NCBI GenBank assembly: GCA_046726015.1 | Contig: JBKOZS010000085.1 | Span: 9,953 to 73,952, forward strand | Reading direction: 5' to 3' | Source: Acidobacteriota bacterium | GTDB taxonomy: Bacteria; Acidobacteriota; Vicinamibacteria; Vicinamibacterales; 2-12-FULL-66-21 | DNA: 64,000 nucleotides | Shown: piece after piece, positions 1 through 10,357 of the stretch | How the letters are laid out: each line of letters starts with the position of its first letter | Position numbering within the stretch: position 1 is the stretch's first letter | The notes under the pieces: model-generated | Seen by the model: only the letters and a program-made list of their open reading frames with translations | Database searches by the model: none | Told to the model about the DNA's origin: nothing | Program-made: the position numbers and the translations under genes

Positions 1-1416
1 GCCGTTGCGCTCACCGCGTGCGCGACGAACCCCGTCACCGGCAAGAAGCAGATCTCTCTGATGAGCGAAGAGCAGGAGATCGCGCTCGGCCGCCAGTCGG
101 ATCCCGAAATCAAGCGCGAGATGGGGGTTTACCACGATCCCCGGCTGCAGGAGTACGTGCAGAGCATCGGGATGACGCTCGCGCGCGCGTCGGAGCGTCC
201 GAACCTTCCGTGGCACTTCACCGTCCTGGACTCGCCGGCGGTCAACGCGTTTGCACTGCCCGGCGGCTATATCTATCTCACGCGCGGCATTCTGCCGTTC
301 CTCGACGACGAGGCGCAGCTGGCGGGGGTGCTGGGTCATGAGATCGGACACGTCACGGCGCGTCACTCGGCGCAGCAGTACACGACGCAGACCGGCGCCG
401 GCATCGGCCTGATGCTTCTCAGCATCTTCGTGCCCGAGTCACGGCCGTTCCAGGGCGTGGCGGAGCAGGCTGCCGGCCTCCTGTTTCTCAAGTACGGCCG
501 CGACGACGAGCTGCAGGCTGATGGGCTCGGTGTGCGCTATGCGGCGCGAACCGCGTGGGACCCGTCGGGCGTGCAGCACATGCTGAACACGCTGAGCCGC
601 CTGGACAAGGCAGCCGGCACCACAAAGGGGGTGCCGAACTGGCTCTCGACACACCCGACACCGCAGGATCGCGTGCAGAAGATTGACGTGGCCGTCCGCG
701 AGGCGCTGGCGACGGTGCCGGCCTCGAAGCTTGCGACGAACAGGGACACGTTCCTGCAGCGGGTCGAGGGGGTCATCTACGGCGACTCGCCAAGCCAGGG
801 TGTGCTGCGCGGCAGTACGTTCCTTCACAAGGACCTGCGCTTCGCGATGACGTTTCCTCCCGAGTGGGAAGTGAAGAACACGCAACAGAACGTCATCGCC
901 AAACCGCCGGAGGCAGAAGAGTACCTGGTGCTACAGCTGATTCAACAGCCGCAGGGATCGTTGCAGCAGATCGCGCAGGCGTCGATGGCGAATGCGGGAT
1001 GGCAGCAGGTCTCAGGACAGCGAACCAGGGTGAACGGGCTCGACGCGTACGTCGGTACCTATCAGGGCAACATGCAGGGTCTCGGCACGGTCGGCACACT
1101 CGCGGCGCACATCGTGCACGAGAACCGCGTCTTCGTGCTGGCAGGGCTCGCGCCGGCTGACGGGTTCCGTCGCGCCGCCCAGGAATTCGAACGGACGATT
1201 CAGTCGTTCCGTCCGCTGACGCCAGCGGAAGCCGAGAACATTCGTCCGAACCGGGTGGAGCTGTACACGGTGCGGCCCAACGACACCTGGGCGTCACTGG
1301 CCCGGCGCGCGAACGACCCCGCGGTCACGCCAGCCACGCTCGCGATCATGAACGATCACGATCCGAATCAGCCGCCGCGCGCCGGCGAACGCATCAAGGT
1401 CGTCGTCGAAGCCTGA
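1..1416 (+). CDS. M48-family Zn metallopeptidase with C-terminal LysM-like domain (5' end outside window)
   Basis: Frame 1 is open from nt 1 (AVALTACATNP..., lipobox-like LTAC), so the gene starts upstream of the listed Met at 61. HExxH in 'GVLGHEIGHVTARH'. C-terminal 'YTVRPNDTWASLARR...GERIKVV' is LysM-like. Confidence 0.8.
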   Translation, partial: AVALTACATNPVTGKKQISLMSEEQEIALGRQSDPEIKREMGVYHDPRLQEYVQSIGMTLARASERPNLPWHFTVLDSPAVNAFALPGGYIYLTRGILPFLDDEAQLAGVLGHEIGHVTARHSAQQYTTQTGAGIGLMLLSIFVPESRPFQGVAEQAAGLLFLKYGRDDELQADGLGVRYAARTAWDPSGVQHMLNTLSRLDKAAGTTKGVPNWLSTHPTPQDRVQKIDVAVREALATVPASKLATNRDTFLQRVEGVIYGDSPSQGVLRGSTFLHKDLRFAMTFPPEWEVKNTQQNVIAKPPEAEEYLVLQLIQQPQGSLQQIAQASMANAGWQQVSGQRTRVNGLDAYVGTYQGNMQGLGTVGTLAAHIVHENRVFVLAGLAPADGFRRAAQEFERTIQSFRPLTPAEAENIRPNRVELYTVRPNDTWASLARRANDPAVTPATLAIMNDHDPNQPPRAGERIKVVVEA

Positions 1417-1478
1417 TTGCGTTCGCGATGGACCCAGCGCCGTACTACCCATGCTGATGGCGTAAAATACTCGCCTCC

Positions 1479-2318
1479 ATGCGAAAGGCCTGGCGGGTGG
1501 CCGCCGCGATTCTCGCGGCGGGCTTCGCGTACGCGATCTACATCTATCTCACGCTGCCCGACGTACGACCGCTCCGCACGGCCAACCCGGCGACCACAGC
1601 GTTCATGGACCTCCGTGCGTACGAGGCGCGGCGACGAGGCGAACCAGTCAAGAAAGATCAGCGGTGGGTGCCCTACGAGCGCATCTCCCAGAATCTGAAA
1701 CGCGCGGTTCTCGTGGCCGAAGACAGCGCGTTCTGGAGGCACGAGGGGATTGATTTCGAGCAACTGCGCGAATCGATGGAGGTCAACTGGGAGCGCGGCG
1801 AATTCGCGCGCGGGGCGAGCACCATCACGCAACAGCTCGCCAAGAACCTTTACCTGTCGCCGTCCAAGAATCCGGTTCGCAAGGTGCGCGAGCTGTTCAT
1901 TACGCGGCGTCTCGAGGCGGAGCTCACGAAGCGGCGCATTCTCGAGCTCTATCTGAACGTCATCGAGTGGGGCGACGGCATCTGGGGTGCGGAAGCGGCG
2001 GCGCGGCGGTACTTCCGGAAGTCCGCGGCCGACCTGAGCGCACAGGAGTCCGCGCTGCTGGCGGCGGCCATCATCAATCCGCGCGTGCTCGATCCCGGTC
2101 ATCCCACCGCACGCCTTCGCCGGCGTCAGCAGATGATCGCGCGACGCATGGGCGCGGTGACGCCGCCCCCTGCCGTCGCCACCGGCCCCGTCGATACACC
2201 CGATGACACTCCCGTCGTGCCGATTACAGATTTGCCCGGGACACCCGTCACCGTACCGTCGCTGCCGACTGAAAAAGCGCCCGGAAAGCCGACAGGCGCA
2301 ACGGGACCTGGTCAGTAG
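1479..2318 (+). CDS. mtgA: monofunctional peptidoglycan glycosyltransferase (GT51)
   Basis: GT51 motifs 'EDSAFWRHEGID', 'GASTITQQLAKNLYL', 'RKVRELFITRRLE'. N-terminal membrane anchor. Pro-rich tail. Confidence 0.85.
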   Translation: MRKAWRVAAAILAAGFAYAIYIYLTLPDVRPLRTANPATTAFMDLRAYEARRRGEPVKKDQRWVPYERISQNLKRAVLVAEDSAFWRHEGIDFEQLRESMEVNWERGEFARGASTITQQLAKNLYLSPSKNPVRKVRELFITRRLEAELTKRRILELYLNVIEWGDGIWGAEAAARRYFRKSAADLSAQESALLAAAIINPRVLDPGHPTARLRRRQQMIARRMGAVTPPPAVATGPVDTPDDTPVVPITDLPGTPVTVPSLPTEKAPGKPTGATGPGQ

Positions 2319-2361
2319 TTGGTCACGACAAAAAAGTCGTTGGTCGCGACAAAAAAAGGTG
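2319..2361. repeat. 2 x ~21-bp direct repeat TTGGTC[A/G]CGACAAAAAA just after the mtgA stop
   Basis: ttggtcacgacaaaaaagtcg / ttggtcgcgacaaaaaaaggtg read directly. The first unit contains a small hairpin (cgac-a6-gtcg). Confidence 0.6.
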
Positions 2362-2382
2362 AACTTTCGTGTTCTGCTCACC

Positions 2383-2412
2383 TTGACACCTATCGGCGCA
2401 TGTCCTTATAGT
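2383..2412 (+). promoter_or_regulatory. sigma-70-like promoter candidate (TTGACA-N18-TATAGT)
   Basis: TTGACA at 2383-2388 and TATAGT at 2407-2412, about 50 nt upstream of the 2462 ORF. Confidence 0.45.
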
Positions 2413-2461
2413 CGGCACGTCCCTGCTCCTCACAGCGACAAGCGGCTCGATACAGGACGCC

Positions 2462-3307
2462 TTGGCGGAGTCCGTCTCTGGCCAGGCGTGTGTCGGCATG
2501 ATCAATTACACAGAGCGCATCGCGCTCCTGATGCAGGACGTGGTGTCGCGTACTCCCGCGTTATCGTTCATCGATGTACGCGAGATCCTCGTGTTCGGAC
2601 GCTTCGGCCGTCCCCACGCCGAAGGAGCATTTGCGACCTGTCATTGCCTCACCCTCCCGCAGAGTGAACCCGGATATTACTTCTGGCGTGACCGCATCAC
2701 CGGCGAGCTGACGCGCCGTTCGGAGTGGTTCGTCACGAAGACCCCCGAGGTGCGCGTCGGTGCGACTCGCATCAAATACCTCATTTCGTTCGTGCTGCCG
2801 CGCTTTTGCGAACAGAGCCTCAACCGATCGTGGAAGTCGGAACTCTACGACGAGGCAGACCCGTGGGTCGCGAAGCTCGACACGATCGTCCACGAGCTGT
2901 ATCACATTGATCCGGGGGCGACCGGTATTCGCCAGGTCGCGAACGCAAACGGCACCCGTTCGCGCCAGCACGGCCCGCAGTTTTACGAGGACGTCGCCGG
3001 GATGGTGCGCGAGTACCTCGCGACACGGCCGGATCCAAGCCTCTACGAATTCCTGAAATGGGACTTTTCGACGCTGGAGCGCGAGTTTGGCGGCGTGGTG
3101 GCAACCACGTTCAGGAATTTCCCGTCGTTCCCGCAGCGCTACATGGAGCCCTGCCGGGCGTTGCCTGTCGAGCCGTCGGTCAAGGTCGAACCGCTCAAGC
3201 CGTTGACGCAGCCACTGATCTACACGGAAGACGACCTCCACATCCGCCAGTTCACGGACACGAGCACACGGCGGCTCGCACGGAAGGGCGCCCACCGCGC
3301 AGCGTGA
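2462..3307 (+). CDS. hypothetical protein with HExxH motif (putative metallopeptidase)
   Basis: Non-shadow-like composition. 'IVHELYHIDP' contains HExxH. The true start may be the internal Met at 2498 (MINYTERIALL). Confidence 0.5.
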   Translation: MAESVSGQACVGMINYTERIALLMQDVVSRTPALSFIDVREILVFGRFGRPHAEGAFATCHCLTLPQSEPGYYFWRDRITGELTRRSEWFVTKTPEVRVGATRIKYLISFVLPRFCEQSLNRSWKSELYDEADPWVAKLDTIVHELYHIDPGATGIRQVANANGTRSRQHGPQFYEDVAGMVREYLATRPDPSLYEFLKWDFSTLEREFGGVVATTFRNFPSFPQRYMEPCRALPVEPSVKVEPLKPLTQPLIYTEDDLHIRQFTDTSTRRLARKGAHRAA

Positions 3308-3308
3308 C

Positions 3309-3377
3309 GGCTCAGGACTCATGACTCATGGCCTAAGTCACGAACCCAGGGCCATGAGCCGCCATGAGCCATGAGCC
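3309..3377. repeat. heptad-periodic hairpin repeat (GGCTCAG/GACTCAT ... CATGAGC) between convergent genes
   Basis: ggctcag gactcat gactcat ggcc ... ggccatgagccgccatgagccatgagcc. The arms are mutually complementary (ctcatggcc / ggccatgag). Confidence 0.75.
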
Positions 3378-3385
3378 ATAAGTCG

Positions 3386-3916
3386 TTACATCACGCGTCT
3401 CGCCCCGACAAACCGGCTCGCCCAATAGGTGGCGCTCAATCGTTCCACACGCACCTGGCCCACACTGCTGGGGGCATGGACGAACTCGTCCCCGCCAATA
3501 GAAATCGCGACGTGAGAAGGACCGGCGGCGACTGTGCTGAAAAAGAGCAGGTCACCCGGTTCGAGCTGGTCCTGCGCGACCGGCCGCCCGGCCCGAGATT
3601 GTTCCAGCACCGTTCGCGGCATGGCGACGCCGTGTTGCCCGAAGACATAGTAGACGAACCCGCTGCAATCGAAACCGGACGGATCCGCCCCGCCGTTGCG
3701 GTAGGGCGTTCCGCGGAGCGATAGGGCGGTCCCTGTAACGGCGTAGGCGGTGCGAGTTCCGACGGCAGGGGCGCCGGCAGCCGGCGCGGACGCTGCCCCT
3801 GCGCTCGTACCAGTCCCTCCGGGGCGCGGGAACGGCGCCGGGACGGCGCGGGTCGATGCGCAACCAGTGGCGACGGCGGTTACCAGCGCGAGCAGCGCGA
3901 CCTTCGGGCAGACCAC
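3386..3916 (-). CDS. NlpC/P60 (C40) peptidoglycan endopeptidase, lipoprotein
   Basis: Lipobox 'ATGCAS'. Catalytic region 'GFDCSGFVYYVF', then 'GDLLFF...SHVAISIG'. Confidence 0.85.
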   Translation of the reverse strand: MVCPKVALLALVTAVATGCASTRAVPAPFPRPGGTGTSAGAASAPAAGAPAVGTRTAYAVTGTALSLRGTPYRNGGADPSGFDCSGFVYYVFGQHGVAMPRTVLEQSRAGRPVAQDQLEPGDLLFFSTVAAGPSHVAISIGGDEFVHAPSSVGQVRVERLSATYWASRFVGARRVM

Positions 3917-4083
3917 GGGCGTTCAGGTTATCGGCGGATCCGGAACACGGGGTCAGGCCTGGCCCAAGGCCCCAGTGGTGGTCATTGACGTCCCTGCCGG
4001 CCTGAAACGCCTGATTTTGTCACCCACGGTGGGCATTACGACCTTAAACTGCTGGAAACAGGATTGTTACGCGCCAGCCTCAC

Positions 4084-4112
4084 TTGACACTGGCGATCGT
4101 GTCAGGCAGAAT
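4084..4112 (+). promoter_or_regulatory. sigma-70-like promoter candidate (TTGACA-N17-CAGAAT)
   Basis: TTGACA at 4084-4089 and CAGAAT at 4107-4112, 12 nt upstream of the 4124 start. Confidence 0.35.
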
Positions 4113-4123
4113 GACTCAGGCTT

Positions 4124-4660
4124 ATGGAGCAGACGCTCCTCCTTAACGCGACGTACGAGCCCCTCAAAGTCGTCCACTGGCAGAAGGCCATTACGCTTTG
4201 GTGCCAGGGGAAGGTTGAGGTTATCTCTGTCTACGACCGGGAAGTCCGGTCGGTCTCCTTCAGTTTCAAGCTGCCCTCGGTCATCCGCCTGCTGCGGTAT
4301 ATCAAGATCAAGCGGCAGATCGACTATGTCCCGTTCTCCCGTGCGAACATTTACGCGCGAGACGACCACTCCTGCCAGTACTGTGGGGAAGTCTTCCCAA
4401 CGGCGGAGTTGACCTTCGATCATGTGGTGCCGGTCGCCCAGGGCGGCCGCAAAGACTGGGAGAATATCGTTACCTGCTGCATCCCCTGCAACCGGAAGAA
4501 GGGTGGCCGGACGCCGGAGCAGGCCCACATGCATCTCATTCGGGTTCCCAAGCGCCCCGATAAAGCTCCCGCGATTCGCATTACGATCGGCCTTCGGAAC
4601 GCGCCGGAGACGTGGCGCGATTACTTCTACTGGAACGTCGAGCTGGACGACGAAAGCTGA
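4124..4660 (+). CDS. HNH endonuclease family protein
   Basis: 'CQYCG...LTFDHVVPVAQGGRKDWENIVTCCIPCNRKKG' (Cys pairs plus HNH core). Confidence 0.8.
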   Translation: MEQTLLLNATYEPLKVVHWQKAITLWCQGKVEVISVYDREVRSVSFSFKLPSVIRLLRYIKIKRQIDYVPFSRANIYARDDHSCQYCGEVFPTAELTFDHVVPVAQGGRKDWENIVTCCIPCNRKKGGRTPEQAHMHLIRVPKRPDKAPAIRITIGLRNAPETWRDYFYWNVELDDES

Positions 4661-4664
4661 CGAA

Positions 4665-5684
4665 GTGGGTCGGGTGACCTCCGTTCGCCCCCTTTGGGCG
4701 ATTGAGGGAGGACGCGTAACGCTCGAGGGGGCGGGCTTTCCCGTGCACCCCTCCCTGCCGCAGGTGCGTGTCGGACCGGAGGGTGCACGACTCGCTCACG
4801 CGTCGCCGACCGTCCTGACCATCATCGTCCCCACCGATCTTGAAGGCGGATCCACAGCCGTACGGATCGACGAGTTGCCGGGGGAAACCGCCTATATCGA
4901 GATCGGCGCTCCGTTCGTCACCGGCGTCCACCAGGTCGACAACCCCGCCTTCGATCGGCACGGCAATCTCTACGTCACGTTCAGCGGATCGCGAGGCCAC
5001 CAGGCGCCGGTCGCGATCTTTGTCGTGCGCCCCGACGGAACGCGCGAGCCGTTCGTGTCGGACATGCCGAACCCGACGTCGCTCGCCTTCGATCATGACG
5101 GGCATCTGTACGTGTCGAGCCGATTCGACGGCAGCGTCTATCGCGTCGAACCAGACGGCCGCGCGTCGCTCTTTGCCGGCGACCTTGGCGTCGCGTGTGG
5201 CCTCGCGTTTGGTCCAGATGGATTGCTCTACGTGGGCGATCGGAGCGGATCGATCCTGCGCGTCGAGGATCACGGGCGGGCCCGCCCGTTTGCGACGTTG
5301 CCGGCGAGTGTCGCTGCGTTCCATCTCGCATTCGGTCCCGACCAGCATCTTTACGTTGCCGCGCCAACGCTCGGTACGACCGATGCGATCTATCGCATCT
5401 CGCCGGACGGCACCGTCAGCGTCTGGAGCACCGGGTTTGGACGGCCGCAAGGCCTTGCGTTCGACGCGGCGGGTCACCTCTATGTCACCGATGCGCTTGC
5501 GGGGTGGAGTGGGATCTATCGCGTCCGCCTCGACGCCCCCGCGTCCCCCGAGCTCGTGCTCACAGGAGGGGCACTCATCGGCCTCGCTTTCGATCCGCAT
5601 GGCGGCCTGGCCGTCGCGACCAGCGACTCGGTGTATCGCCTTGGCGTCGGCCTTCGAGGGCTGCTGCCGCCGAACCAGCCATGA
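4665..5684 (+). CDS. IPT/TIG domain + six-bladed NHL/SMP-30-like beta-propeller repeat protein
   Basis: Six repeats of the form 'G(H/N/L)LYV...S(V/I)YR(V/I)'. N-terminal Ig-like segment. The listed ORF (4422) overlaps the HNH gene, so I chose the GTG at 4665 just after its stop. Confidence 0.6.
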   Translation: MGRVTSVRPLWAIEGGRVTLEGAGFPVHPSLPQVRVGPEGARLAHASPTVLTIIVPTDLEGGSTAVRIDELPGETAYIEIGAPFVTGVHQVDNPAFDRHGNLYVTFSGSRGHQAPVAIFVVRPDGTREPFVSDMPNPTSLAFDHDGHLYVSSRFDGSVYRVEPDGRASLFAGDLGVACGLAFGPDGLLYVGDRSGSILRVEDHGRARPFATLPASVAAFHLAFGPDQHLYVAAPTLGTTDAIYRISPDGTVSVWSTGFGRPQGLAFDAAGHLYVTDALAGWSGIYRVRLDAPASPELVLTGGALIGLAFDPHGGLAVATSDSVYRLGVGLRGLLPPNQP

Positions 5685-5712
5685 CTGCTTTACCCGATAA
5701 GATCGTGCAAGC

Positions 5713-7203
5713 ATGAATCAGTTGTTTCGACGTAAGCCCATCGCGGACCTGCTCGTCGAAGGCGACCATTCGCTCAAGCGCGTGCTCGGCGCCGGCGACC
5801 TGGTCATGCTGGCGATTGGGGCCGTGATCGGAGCGGGGATCTTTTCTTCCATCGGTACCGCCGCGGCGGGCGAGGTGACGCCAACGGGCGAAGTGGTGCG
5901 CTACGGCGCGGGCCCTGCGCTCGTTTTCTCGTTCATCCTGCTTGGCTTCGTCTGCGGGCTGGCAGCGCTCTGTTACGCGGAATTGGCGGCGATGATCCCG
6001 CAGGCGGGCAGTGCGTATGCGTATTCGTATGCGACGCTCGGCGAGCTGATCGCGTGGATCATCGGCTGGGATTTGATTCTCGAATACGCCGTCGGGAACA
6101 TTGCCGTCGCGATCGCATGGAGCGGATACTTCGTCTCGCTGCTCTCCGGCTTCGGAATCACGCTCCCCGGCTATCTCACGCACGGATATCGGACCGCGCT
6201 TCTCAGCTCGGACCCTGCGGTCCACGGTCTGCTGCAGACCGCGCCGCAGATCGTTGGCATTCCCTTTCTGATCAACATCCCGGCGGCGCTCATCGTCCTG
6301 GCGATCACCTGGCTGCTGTACATCGGCGTGCGCGAGAGCGCGCGCGCCAACAACATCATGGTGGTCGTCAAACTGATCGTGCTCGGGCTGTTCGTCGTGC
6401 TCGGCGCCATGCACATCGATCCGGCGAACTACCAGCCGTTCGCCCCGAACGGCTGGAAAGGCATTCACCAGGGCGCGGCAATCGTGTTCTTCGCCTACAT
6501 CGGCTTCGACGCGATCTCGACCGCGGCGGAAGAGACGAGGAACCCGCAGCGCAATATGCCAATCGGCATCCTGTTCGGGCTCGCGGTCTGCACGATCATC
6601 TACGTCGTCGTGGGCATCGTCGCGACGGGGCTCGTGCCGTACACGCAGCTCAAGGCCGCCGATCCGCTGGCCAGGGCGCTCGAAGTCGCGGGGCTGCAGA
6701 CGGCGAGCTGGATTGTCGCGTTCGGCGCCGTGGTTTCGCTGACCGCTGTCCTGCTCGTTTTCCAGTACGGCCAGCCTCGAATCTTCATGGCGATGGCACG
6801 CGACGGCCTGCTTCCACGGTGGGCTTCAAAGATCCATCCGAAATACCGGACACCGCACGTCACCACGATTGCGACCGGCCTGGTCGTCGCGATTGGCAGC
6901 CTGGTGATGGACGAGAATGAAATCTACGACCTGACGAACATAGGGACGCTTGCCGCATTCGCGATCGTCTGCATCGGCGTGCTCGTCCTGCGCTACGCCG
7001 ATCCGCAACGACCCCGGCCGTTCCGCGTGCCGTTCGTGTGGCCCGTCGCCGTGCTCGGCGCACTCGCTTGTATCTACACCATGCGCGGTCTTCCCACGCA
7101 TGCGTGGGAACGGTTTGGGATTTGGCTGGTGGCGGGCCTGCTGTTGTATTTCGGTTATGGGCTGAAGCACAGTCGGCTTCGGCGTGAGCCCGCAAGAAGC
7201 TGA
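5713..7203 (+). CDS. APC-superfamily amino-acid permease
   Basis: About 12 hydrophobic segments. 'GAGIFSS', 'AELAAMIPQAGSAYAY', 'FFAYIGFDAISTAAEE' are typical of amino-acid/polyamine permeases. Confidence 0.85.
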   Translation: MNQLFRRKPIADLLVEGDHSLKRVLGAGDLVMLAIGAVIGAGIFSSIGTAAAGEVTPTGEVVRYGAGPALVFSFILLGFVCGLAALCYAELAAMIPQAGSAYAYSYATLGELIAWIIGWDLILEYAVGNIAVAIAWSGYFVSLLSGFGITLPGYLTHGYRTALLSSDPAVHGLLQTAPQIVGIPFLINIPAALIVLAITWLLYIGVRESARANNIMVVVKLIVLGLFVVLGAMHIDPANYQPFAPNGWKGIHQGAAIVFFAYIGFDAISTAAEETRNPQRNMPIGILFGLAVCTIIYVVVGIVATGLVPYTQLKAADPLARALEVAGLQTASWIVAFGAVVSLTAVLLVFQYGQPRIFMAMARDGLLPRWASKIHPKYRTPHVTTIATGLVVAIGSLVMDENEIYDLTNIGTLAAFAIVCIGVLVLRYADPQRPRPFRVPFVWPVAVLGALACIYTMRGLPTHAWERFGIWLVAGLLLYFGYGLKHSRLRREPARS

Positions 7204-7301
7204 GCGGCGCACCTCAGCCGCGTGGTTTGTGTGGCGGATCCAGGCGGTCGACTGCTAAGATAAGGGTTTGGGTTTCCTCCCAAATCCGTAACTAGCAGGG
7301 C

Positions 7302-10115
7302 ATGGCACACGATTGGGTTGCGGTGCGCGGCGCGCGCGTGCACAACCTTAAGAACATAGACGTCGATCTCCCACGCGATCAGCTGGTGGTCATTACCGGG
7401 CTCTCCGGGTCCGGAAAGTCGTCGCTCGCGTTCGACACGATTTACGCGGAGGGGCAGCGCCGATACGTCGAGTCCCTCTCGTCGTACGCGCGCCAGTTCC
7501 TCGAGCAGATGGAAAAGCCGGACGTCGATCTTATCGACGGCTTGTCCCCTGCCATCGCGATCGAGCAGAAGACTACCGGGTCCAACCCACGGTCCACCGT
7601 CGGCACCGTCACCGAAATTTACGACTACCTGCGACTTCTCTTCGCGAACGTCGGTGTCCCGCACTGCCACCTCTGCGGGCGCGAAATTGCGTCGCAATCG
7701 CTCGAGCGCATCATCGACATGGTGATGCTGTCGCCGAACGACGAGCGCATCAACGTGATGGCGCCGGTCGTCCGCGGACGCAAGGGAGAGTTCAAGAAAG
7801 AGCTCGTGGCGCTTCGCGCGCGCGGATTCACGAAGGTTCGCGTCGATGGCCAGCTTCGATCGCTGGACGAGGACATCAAGCTCGATCGCCGGCGTAACCA
7901 CACGATTGACGTCGTGGTCGATCGGCTTGTGCTCAAGCCGGGCATCGAGCGGCGGCTGACCGAGTCCGTCGAGGTCGCGCTCAATCTCGCGGACGACGTG
8001 GTGGTGATCAATACGCTCGATGGAGGGGATCGGCTGTTCTCGCGGCGGCTGGCGTGCACGTATTGCGGCGTCAGCATGCCGGAGATGACGCCGCGCGCGT
8101 TCTCCTTCAACTCGCCGCACGGCGCGTGCTCCGACTGCCAGGGGCTGGGCGCGGTCTACGACTTTGATCCCACGCGGCTGGTTCCTGACGAATCGGTGTC
8201 GCTCCAGGACGGCGCCATCGCCCCCTGGGCACGCGGAGACAAGAAGCTCGTCAAGGAAGCGCTGGTGTCGCTCAGCAAGCACTTCGGCATCGATCTCGCG
8301 CTGCCGTTCCGCCGTCTCGCGAAGAAGGCGCGCGACATCCTCTTCTATGGCGCCGGCGCGGCCAGGAAAGATGGGAAAGATCCGTTTGGCGCCGGGTTCG
8401 AGGGGTTGGTGCCAAACCTGCGCCGGCGTTACGAGGAAGGCAGCTGGGCAGAGCAGGAGGCGCTCGAATCGTATCGGGCGCTCCGTCCGTGTCCTGCCTG
8501 CGCGGGCGCGCGGCTGAAGCCGCAGAGCCGCGCCGTGCGTGTCAAAGGACGGACGATCACCGAATACGTCGATTTACCGATTTCTGAAGCGCTCGGCGTA
8601 TTCGAAGCGATCGAGCTGACCGACAGGGAAGCCCTGATCGCCAGCCGCATCCTCCGCGAGATTCGCGATCGCCTGCGCTTCCTGAACGACGTTGGCGTCG
8701 GTTACCTGACGCTCGGCCGCAGCGCTGCGACACTGTCCGGAGGCGAAGGACAGCGTATTCGTCTCGCAACGCAGATCGGATCGAATCTAACCGGGGTCCT
8801 TTACGTGCTCGATGAGCCGTCGATTGGACTGCATCAGCGCGACAATCGCGCGCTGCTCTCCACGCTCGCGCGCCTGCGCGACCTGGGGAACACCGTGGTC
8901 GTGGTCGAACACGACGAAGAGACGATTCGGACGGCAGATTACGTCATCGATCTCGGACCCGGCGCAGGTGAGCATGGCGGCCACGTCATTTTCCAGGGCA
9001 CGCCGGCGGCGCTCGTCGCCAACGGGAACGGGTCGGCGACCGGCGCGTATCTCCGCGGCGAGAAATCCATAGCTACGCCCAAGGATCGCCGCCCGGCGAA
9101 TCGCGGAGCGATCGTCATTAAAGGGGCGCGCGAGAACAATCTGAAGGAGATCGACGTCGAGATTCCGCTCGGCGTGCTCGTCACCGTCACGGGCGTCAGT
9201 GGTTCCGGGAAGTCGACGCTGGTCAACGAGATTTTGTACCGCGCGCTCGCGCGCGAGCTGTATCGTGCCGCGGATGAACCGGGCGCGCATTTATCCATCG
9301 AAGGCATCGATCTGATCGACAAGGTGATTCAAATCGATCAGTCGCCGATCGGCCGGACGCCGCGCTCCAATCCCGCGACCTATACCGGTCTCTTCACGTT
9401 CATCCGCGAACTGTTCGCGATGCTGCCCGAGTCACGAGCCCGCGGCTTCCGTCCAGGACGCTTCTCGTTCAACGTCAAGGGCGGACGGTGCGAGAGCTGC
9501 CAGGGGGACGGCGTCATCGCAATCGAAATGCACTTCCTGCCGAACGTCTACGTGACGTGCGAGCAGTGCAAGGGGCGCCGCTACAACCGCGAGACCCTGG
9601 AGATCAAATATCGCGGCAAGTCGATCGCCGACGTGCTCGACCTGACGGTCGACCAGGCCTTGCCGCTGCTCGAGAACTTTCCGCCGATTGCCAACAAACT
9701 GCGGACGCTGCAGGACGTCGGTCTCGGCTACATCGAGCTGGGGCAGTCGGCGACCACGCTGAGCGGCGGTGAGGCGCAGCGCGTGAAGCTCGCGAAAGAG
9801 CTCTCGCGACGCGGCACCGGCCGAACGCTGTACATCCTTGACGAACCGACGACGGGCCTGCACTTCGCCGACACGCACAAGCTGCTCGATGTGCTGAACA
9901 AGCTTGTCGGGCAGGGCAACACCGTCGTCATCATCGAGCACAACCTCGACGTCATCAAATCGGCAGATTACGTGATCGACCTCGGGCCCGAAGGAGGGGC
10001 CGGCGGCGGCCGCATCGTCGCCACGGGGACTCCTGAAGTCGTGGCGCGAAGCCGAGACTCCTTTACAGGCCGTTTCCTGGCGGGGATTCTGGGCCTGCCG
10101 CATGCGGCAGCGTGA
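7302..10115 (+). CDS. uvrA: excinuclease ABC subunit A
   Basis: 937 aa. '[35 protein letters not shown]'. Two ABC modules, Zn-finger Cys pairs, '[12 protein letters not shown]'. Confidence 0.97.
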   Translation: MAHDWVAVRGARVHNLKNIDVDLPRDQLVVITGLSGSGKSSLAFDTIYAEGQRRYVESLSSYARQFLEQMEKPDVDLIDGLSPAIAIEQKTTGSNPRSTVGTVTEIYDYLRLLFANVGVPHCHLCGREIASQSLERIIDMVMLSPNDERINVMAPVVRGRKGEFKKELVALRARGFTKVRVDGQLRSLDEDIKLDRRRNHTIDVVVDRLVLKPGIERRLTESVEVALNLADDVVVINTLDGGDRLFSRRLACTYCGVSMPEMTPRAFSFNSPHGACSDCQGLGAVYDFDPTRLVPDESVSLQDGAIAPWARGDKKLVKEALVSLSKHFGIDLALPFRRLAKKARDILFYGAGAARKDGKDPFGAGFEGLVPNLRRRYEEGSWAEQEALESYRALRPCPACAGARLKPQSRAVRVKGRTITEYVDLPISEALGVFEAIELTDREALIASRILREIRDRLRFLNDVGVGYLTLGRSAATLSGGEGQRIRLATQIGSNLTGVLYVLDEPSIGLHQRDNRALLSTLARLRDLGNTVVVVEHDEETIRTADYVIDLGPGAGEHGGHVIFQGTPAALVANGNGSATGAYLRGEKSIATPKDRRPANRGAIVIKGARENNLKEIDVEIPLGVLVTVTGVSGSGKSTLVNEILYRALARELYRAADEPGAHLSIEGIDLIDKVIQIDQSPIGRTPRSNPATYTGLFTFIRELFAMLPESRARGFRPGRFSFNVKGGRCESCQGDGVIAIEMHFLPNVYVTCEQCKGRRYNRETLEIKYRGKSIADVLDLTVDQALPLLENFPPIANKLRTLQDVGLGYIELGQSATTLSGGEAQRVKLAKELSRRGTGRTLYILDEPTTGLHFADTHKLLDVLNKLVGQGNTVVIIEHNLDVIKSADYVIDLGPEGGAGGGRIVATGTPEVVARSRDSFTGRFLAGILGLPHAAA

Positions 10116-10302
10116 CGTGTGACTCGGCGGAAGGACGGTTTTGTGATCGCTCGCTGTGGTAAATTTGCCACATTCTCGGTCCACGGCCCTGTGGCTGGCC
10201 GGCCACAATCGCCATCGATTCTGACGCACGGCGATGTGGCGCAGGATTTACAAAACAAACAAAATCAACTAGTTAGCTGCGCAACGCGACCGTCAGCAGA
10301 CG

Positions 10303-10318
10303 TGGCAGCCCCTTTGCT
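10303..10318 (+). promoter_or_regulatory. sigma-54 (-24/-12)-like element TGGCAG-N5-TTGCT
   Basis: GG and GC are spaced exactly as in the consensus TGGCACG-N4-TTGCW. Lies 40 nt upstream of the lpxC start. Confidence 0.35.
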
Positions 10319-10357
10319 GAGCTGGTATCGGCTTACCCAGCGTCGTTAAAGAGGTCA

